Assembly: GCA_002269645.1 (NCBI GenBank)
Contig: NIVC01000441.1
Span: 186,001 to 250,000 of the forward strand
Direction of reading: 5' to 3'
DNA length: 64,000 bases
Source of the DNA: Macrostomum lignano
Taxonomy: Eukaryota
Shown one piece after another: positions 60,201-64,000 of this stretch (within the stretch, counting starts at the first letter, position 1; each line of letters starts with the position of its first letter). The notes under the pieces were generated by a model. That model had not been told where the DNA came from. It worked only from the letters and a program-made list of their open reading frames with translations, and ran no database searches. The position numbers and the translations under genes were made by a program.

Positions 60201-61702
60201 ATTAGGAGGGCAGTTCGCTCCCTATGGTTGAGGATTAGGAGGGCAGTTCACTCCCTATGGTTGAGGATTAGGAGGGCAGTTCACTCCCTACGATAAAAAA
60301 CGAGGATAATCTCGAGCTCTCTGATCAAAGCAGAAAAGTTCTGATGTCCGTGAATAGCTGACACAATTAAAGCATTTGAGTAAAGAACCTCGATTTTTTA
60401 TTTATCCTAGGTCTGGACGCCGACGTCTCCCTGGACTTCCACCTGGCCCGCAACGAGAATCCTTCAAAGTTCAACTCCCGTTTCCATAACAAGGGCGTGT
60501 ACTTTAAGATGAGCGTTAGAAAAATGATGAGCAAAGGCAGCTGCAAGGATTTGCACAGGCAGATTATCGTTGAGGTTGATGGCAAAGTCATCGACTTGCC
60601 GCCGCTAGAAGGGATTATTATCCTCAACATTCTGTCCTGGGCCAGCGGGGCGAATCCGTGGGGCACCGAGAAGGACGACAATTTCAACCGGCCGAACCAC
60701 TGGGACGGCCAGCTTGAAGTGGTCGGCGTCACCGGCATGGTGCACATGGGACAGGTTGGTTGCAGCTGTGTGTGAGAGTGGGGTGGCTGTCTGTCCCTCT
60801 GCCCCACTGTGCGTGCGTAGTGGGGTGGCTGTCTGTCCCTCTGCCCCACTGTGGGTGCGGAGTGGGGTGGCTGTCTGTCCCTCTGCCCCACTTTGCGTGC
60901 GGAGTGGGGTGGCTGTCTGTCCCTCTGCCCCACTGTGCGTGCGGAATGGGGTGGCTGTCTTTCCCTCTGCCCTACCGTGCGTGCGGAGTGGGGTAGCTGT
61001 CTGTCCCTCTGCCCCACTGTGCATGCGGAAATTGGGATGGCTGTCTGTCCCTCTGGCCCACATTGCGTGTGGGAGTGGGGTTGCTTTCTGTCCATTTTCA
61101 TCATTTTAAAATTTTTCAAGCAACAATTATCTACTTGTCAAAACGCGAAATTTTCAGATCTTCAGCGGCTTAAGATCTGGCAATCGTATAGCTCAGGGAG
61201 GTCACATTAAGATCACTCTGAAAGGTGACATTCCAGTGCAGGTAAGCAAAGACTTTTTTCGGAGTATTTCTATCGCTCAGTATTCTTGTTATTCTCAAAG
61301 TAGAGTCGAGGTAAGGTACATCGTTTGAGGAAAGCCAGGAAAACGAAAGCAAAAACGAACATTCGCATTTTTTCTTTAATAATACCAAATTACAGTTTAT
61401 TAATCTTCGCGCGACATGTTCGTTTTTGCTTTCGTTTTCCTGGCTTTCCTCTTGTTATTCTTATTATTCAGAAGTGACATAAAAGATAATTGATTAATTT
61501 TCAGATCGACGGAGAACCATGGGTCCAATCGAGCGGACAAGTTGTTGTTTTGCGCAGCGCACTTCGTGCTTCTATGTTGAAAAAGTGCAAAGGAAAGTCA
61601 AAAGGACGCGGGGCCTTGGCGGAGCCGTCCTTCTATAACCCGGAGCCCAGCCAGTGCCCGACTCCTCCTCCAGATGAGGGCGCCACTGGTGGCTCTGACT
61701 AG
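42208..61702 (+). CDS. DGKQ: Diacylglycerol kinase theta (type V), about 992 aa core
   Basis: Exons 42208-42688, 43234-43322, 43519-43789, 49363-49834, 51974-52311, 56791-57358, 59886-60019, 60411-60754, 61158-61241, 61505-61702; GT-AG, phases consistent, total 2979 nt. Three C1 domains, RA-like region, catalytic VNVKSGG / LNPHQVF / CGGDGTVGW / PLGTGNDL, accessory MNNYFGIGLDA and IDGEPW. Confidence 0.95.
42735..43165 (+). repeat. 29-bp minisatellite (GTGGGTGTCCTCTGCCCTTCAATCCTTCA), about 15 copies
   Basis: DGK intron 1; homogeneous 3' units, decayed 5' units. Confidence 0.93.
43820..44650. repeat. About 20-bp alternating minisatellite (CCCAGAGTCTTCCCATTATC / CCCAGTGTCTTCCCATTCTC)
   Basis: DGK intron 3. 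Confidence 0.93.
44915..45565. repeat. 21-bp minisatellite (CTCATTTTGGCGCCTCTGAGA), about 30 copies
   Basis: DGK intron 3. Confidence 0.93.
45929..45940 (+). CDS. Candidate 12-nt DGK microexon (phase 1-1)
   Basis: tttttattgcag|CCGCTCTGCCGG|gtaata; keeps the frame between the phase-1 ends at 43789 and 49363. Confidence 0.45.
46173..46493 (+). repeat. 21-bp array x15 (GATTCACCTGGATTAGCAAGT) that begins as a candidate phase 1-1 DGK microexon
   Basis: Preceded by CTGAC (branch-like) and cccttcacag; reads (DSPGLAS)n without a stop in the DGK frame. Confidence 0.85.
47085..49150. repeat. 20-26-bp purine-rich minisatellite (GAGCAGTG(G/A)CAGATTTGA(G/T)AAGA)
   Basis: DGK intron 3; source of the 707-aa and other artefact ORFs. 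Confidence 0.95.
49865..50455. repeat. 14-15-bp minisatellite (GATCCTTGAATCCCT)
   Basis: DGK intron 4, starting about 30 nt after the donor. Confidence 0.92.
50990..51870. repeat. 31-32-bp minisatellite (GTGACGAGCTCCCTAAGGACACCAAAATAGT)
   Basis: DGK intron 4; homogeneous centre, diverged edges. Confidence 0.92.
52320..52660. repeat. Degenerate GGGATAAT/GAGAGT repeat
   Basis: Immediately after the DGK exon 5 donor. Confidence 0.85.
53690..54313. repeat. 17-bp minisatellite (GAACTTATTGAGCTTGT), about 36 near-identical copies
   Basis: DGK intron 5. Confidence 0.95.
54625..55318 (+). repeat. 50-bp tandem array x14, each unit with a tRNA T-arm / Pol III B-box (CGGGTTCGATYCCG)
   Basis: Units start at 54625 and recur every 50 nt to 55275. 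Confidence 0.93.
56335..56645. repeat. 36-bp minisatellite x8 (GAGGCAACCACCCCACTCCGTGTTAGGGTTAGAAAT)
   Basis: DGK intron 5; each unit embeds TTAGGGTTAG. Confidence 0.92.
57471..58533 (+). mobile_element. Non-autonomous Helitron, about 1.06 kb, related to the 35.5-39.3 kb element
   Basis: 5' TCTATATACT...TGTCTGTCTGTG...CTCAACCGATTTTCACCAAA; 3' hairpin CCCCAATGGGG followed by CGTAGATTGCTAG|T. The base before TC is T rather than A. Confidence 0.75.
57862..58460. repeat. 20-bp array (TTGGATGCTTGCTACGTCTG) grading into an 18-bp array (GGGGGATGCTTGCTGTCT)
   Basis: Inside the Helitron in DGK intron 6. Confidence 0.95.
60045..60292. repeat. About 33-bp minisatellite (GCAGTTCACTCCCTATGGTTGAGGATTAGGAGG), about 7 copies
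   Basis: DGK intron 7. Confidence 0.9.
60775..61090. repeat. 42-bp minisatellite x7 with an internal GTGGGG...CCCCAC hairpin
   Basis: DGK intron 8, starting about 20 nt after the donor. Confidence 0.9.
61327..61451. repeat. Perfect 36-bp inverted repeat with a 53-nt spacer
   Basis: Arms 61327-61362 and 61416-61451 are exact reverse complements; located in the last DGK intron. Confidence 0.92.
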
Positions 61703-61784
61703 AAACTTTAAAATACTTATGTACACAAACGATTTCTAAATTTTCTAAACTTTCTGGTTCGATTAAGTCTTTTTCATGGACAGT

Positions 61785-62040
61785 TGAGTGTGTGTTTTAC
61801 TATCCTCTCTGCCCGAAAGGAGTCGGGTGGGTGGGTGGGTGTGTGGTTTTGACTATCCTCTCTGCCCCGCGCGGAGTGGGGTTGGTGTCTTTGGCTATCC
61901 TCTCTGCCCCGCGCGGAGTGGGGTTGGTGTGTTTGACTATCTTCTCTGTCCCGCAAAGAGTGGGTGTGTGGGTGGGTGTTTTTCCATATTCTCTGCCCCG
62001 CGCGGAGTGGGGTGGGTGTGTTTGACTATCCTCTTTGTCC
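61785..62040. repeat. Degenerate about 42-bp repeat (GACTATCCTCTCTGCCCCGCGCGGAGTGGGGT...) downstream of the DGK stop
   Basis: About 5 units; shares CTCTGCCCC...GCGGAGTGGGGT with the intron 8 array. Confidence 0.8.
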
Positions 62041-62594
62041 CGCGCTGTTTTTGCGATGCACAAGCATTCAACTTCTCTGCAATTGAGTGCCTGAACACTC
62101 GAGACACAGTGTATATTTTTTTATATTTCACTATTTTCTGACATTAGTTAAAACTTGTGATTTATTCCTTTTGGTCGGCTTCTAGATTCTGCAAAAGATG
62201 AATAGGTCACTGACTCACTATATCTACAATTTATTCTTGTCCATAGTCAAAGTGCGCATTAATTTCAAGAATTAGCGTTTATCTAGATTTTGTTACAAAG
62301 ATTTGTACATCTCGTATAACTAATTCAATTGTGATAAAGGCATCTTGAATTTCCTATATTTATCGCGCACTAAAAATCCGAGGCTGCCTCGGCTGACTGA
62401 CGAGTTCGCGTAATTTTATGCTACTTTTACAATACTGCTTAGGCAAACAAACTAGATTTAAATTGATTCACGCATTCGTAATTAGCTGGTAGCCTGTGTC
62501 TGACACGCAGCATATTTGTCCCACTTTAGTTATAACTGTGCAAATTCTCTTAGCAATATGGGACTGAAGGAAAGCGGATAAATAAACACATTTT

Positions 62595-63160
62595 CGGCTG
62601 CAGTACCGCAACTGACACACTGCAGTCCCAGCTACCCTCCCAGCTGCAGTACCGCAACTGACACAGCAGTCCCAGCTACCTTCCCAGCTGCAGTACCGCA
62701 ACTGACACACAGCAGTCCCAGCTACCCTCCCAGCTGCAGTACCGCAACTGACACACAGCAGTCCCAGCTACCTTCCCAGCTGCAGTACCGCAACTGACAC
62801 AGCACTCCCAGCTACCCTCCCAGCTGCAGTACCGCAACTGACACACTGCAGTCCCAGCTACCCTCCCAGCTGCAGTACCGCAACTGACACAGCAGTCCCA
62901 GCTACCTTCCCAGCTGCAGTACCGCAACTGACACACAGCAGTCCCAGCTACCCTCCCAGCTGCAGCACCGCAACTGACACAGCAGTCCCAGCTACCTTCC
63001 CAGCTGCAGTACCGCAACTGACACACAGCAGTCCCAGCTACCCTCCCAGCTGCAGTACCGCAACTGACACACTGCAGTCCCAGCTACCTTCCCAGCTGCA
63101 ATACCGCAACTGACACAGCAGTCCCAGCTACCCTCCCAGCTGCAGTACCGCAAATGACAC
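62595..63160. repeat. 42-44-bp minisatellite (CAGCTGCAGTACCGCAACTGACACACAGCAGTCCCAGCTACCCTCC), about 12 copies
   Basis: Intergenic tandem units. Confidence 0.93.
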
Positions 63161-64000
63161 GCTGACACAACAAGATGATTGAGCTGAAGCAAAGTTCGCT
63201 GTGCAATTCAGAAAACTGTTATGCATTAATCTATTTTAAATTTTGTTGATTAACACGCCTCACTTGGCCCCTGTTGTGCCCCAACTTCACTAGTCAGTTA
63301 TTTTAGTCAAGTTTAATGCTGCAGTATTTCTCCGCATGTACAAATCTGATACTATAAAAGATATTTTCAAGCTGCCGGCATTCACTGTTTTATGCATATT
63401 AAATGCGATTAAATATTGAATAATTAGCCTTTTTTACTATTCTGTAAACCGCAATTGGTGTCTGTGTATTCCTCTCCTATTTAGCTAATAAACGTGTTGT
63501 TGTCGCAGCAGTGCGCATAGAGTCATACTTTTAATTCTGAATCTCTTTCTAATCTGGCTGCTATGACCTGCTAGTCCCTATGACCTGGATTATCATGTAC
63601 ATATAAAGAATGCTATTTTTCATTATCTATTGCATCCATACTATACTCTAGTTATCCATCTATCTATGCCTACACTTGTGTCTGGTTTGTTTTGCCTTCA
63701 TATTTTTAAATAAGAACAATTCACCGAATAAGAACAGCACTCACTGCTTTTTGTTCTGCGACCATCCCTCCGCCAGCCCCCAGCCCCCTCTGCTGGCACG
63801 CAACATACTCTTGAATAATTAATGAAATCGAGACTCGAATCGTTTTAATTAAAATAGCCCGTATTATCCGGCATGTATTGCTAACTAATTAGGTTATTAA
63901 TATTTCATTACCACTACTTGCTGCTCTGTTCGTATTAACTGCAGTTTGTGATTTCTAATTTTATTTGGCAACACAAAAAACTAACAGCTAGTTTCCTGGC

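Overview
Repeat-rich eukaryotic (metazoan) genomic DNA: standard code, GT-AG introns, GC-rich exons, AT-rich spacers, a private minisatellite in most introns. This style suggests a flatworm such as Macrostomum, but that is inference only. I reconstructed five spliced genes by hand: RPL18 (minus, 2 coding exons, 187 aa), then four plus-strand genes: PCYT2 (10 exons, 365 aa), a divergent SLC22-family transporter (8 exons, 579 aa), an orphan single-pass proline-rich membrane protein (2 exons, about 419 aa) and diacylglycerol kinase theta (10 core exons, about 992 aa, plus candidate microexons). Mobile DNA: a 4.6-kb Ty3/gypsy element with identical 173-bp LTRs and a 5-bp TSD inside a G-rich satellite; two tRNA-derived SINE families, one with a MIR/CORE-like domain; non-autonomous Helitrons carrying satellites. 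The most unusual theme is intronic tandem arrays built from functional signals: 20 extra copies of a PCYT2 splice donor, an array of CAG|GT recursive-splice-like units, a frame-preserving (DSPGLAS)n exon/donor array in DGK, and a 14-copy Pol III B-box array. Most long ORFs in the supplied track are repeat artefacts. Repeat boundaries and copy numbers were counted by eye and are approximate; family assignments rest on remembered motifs, not database searches.
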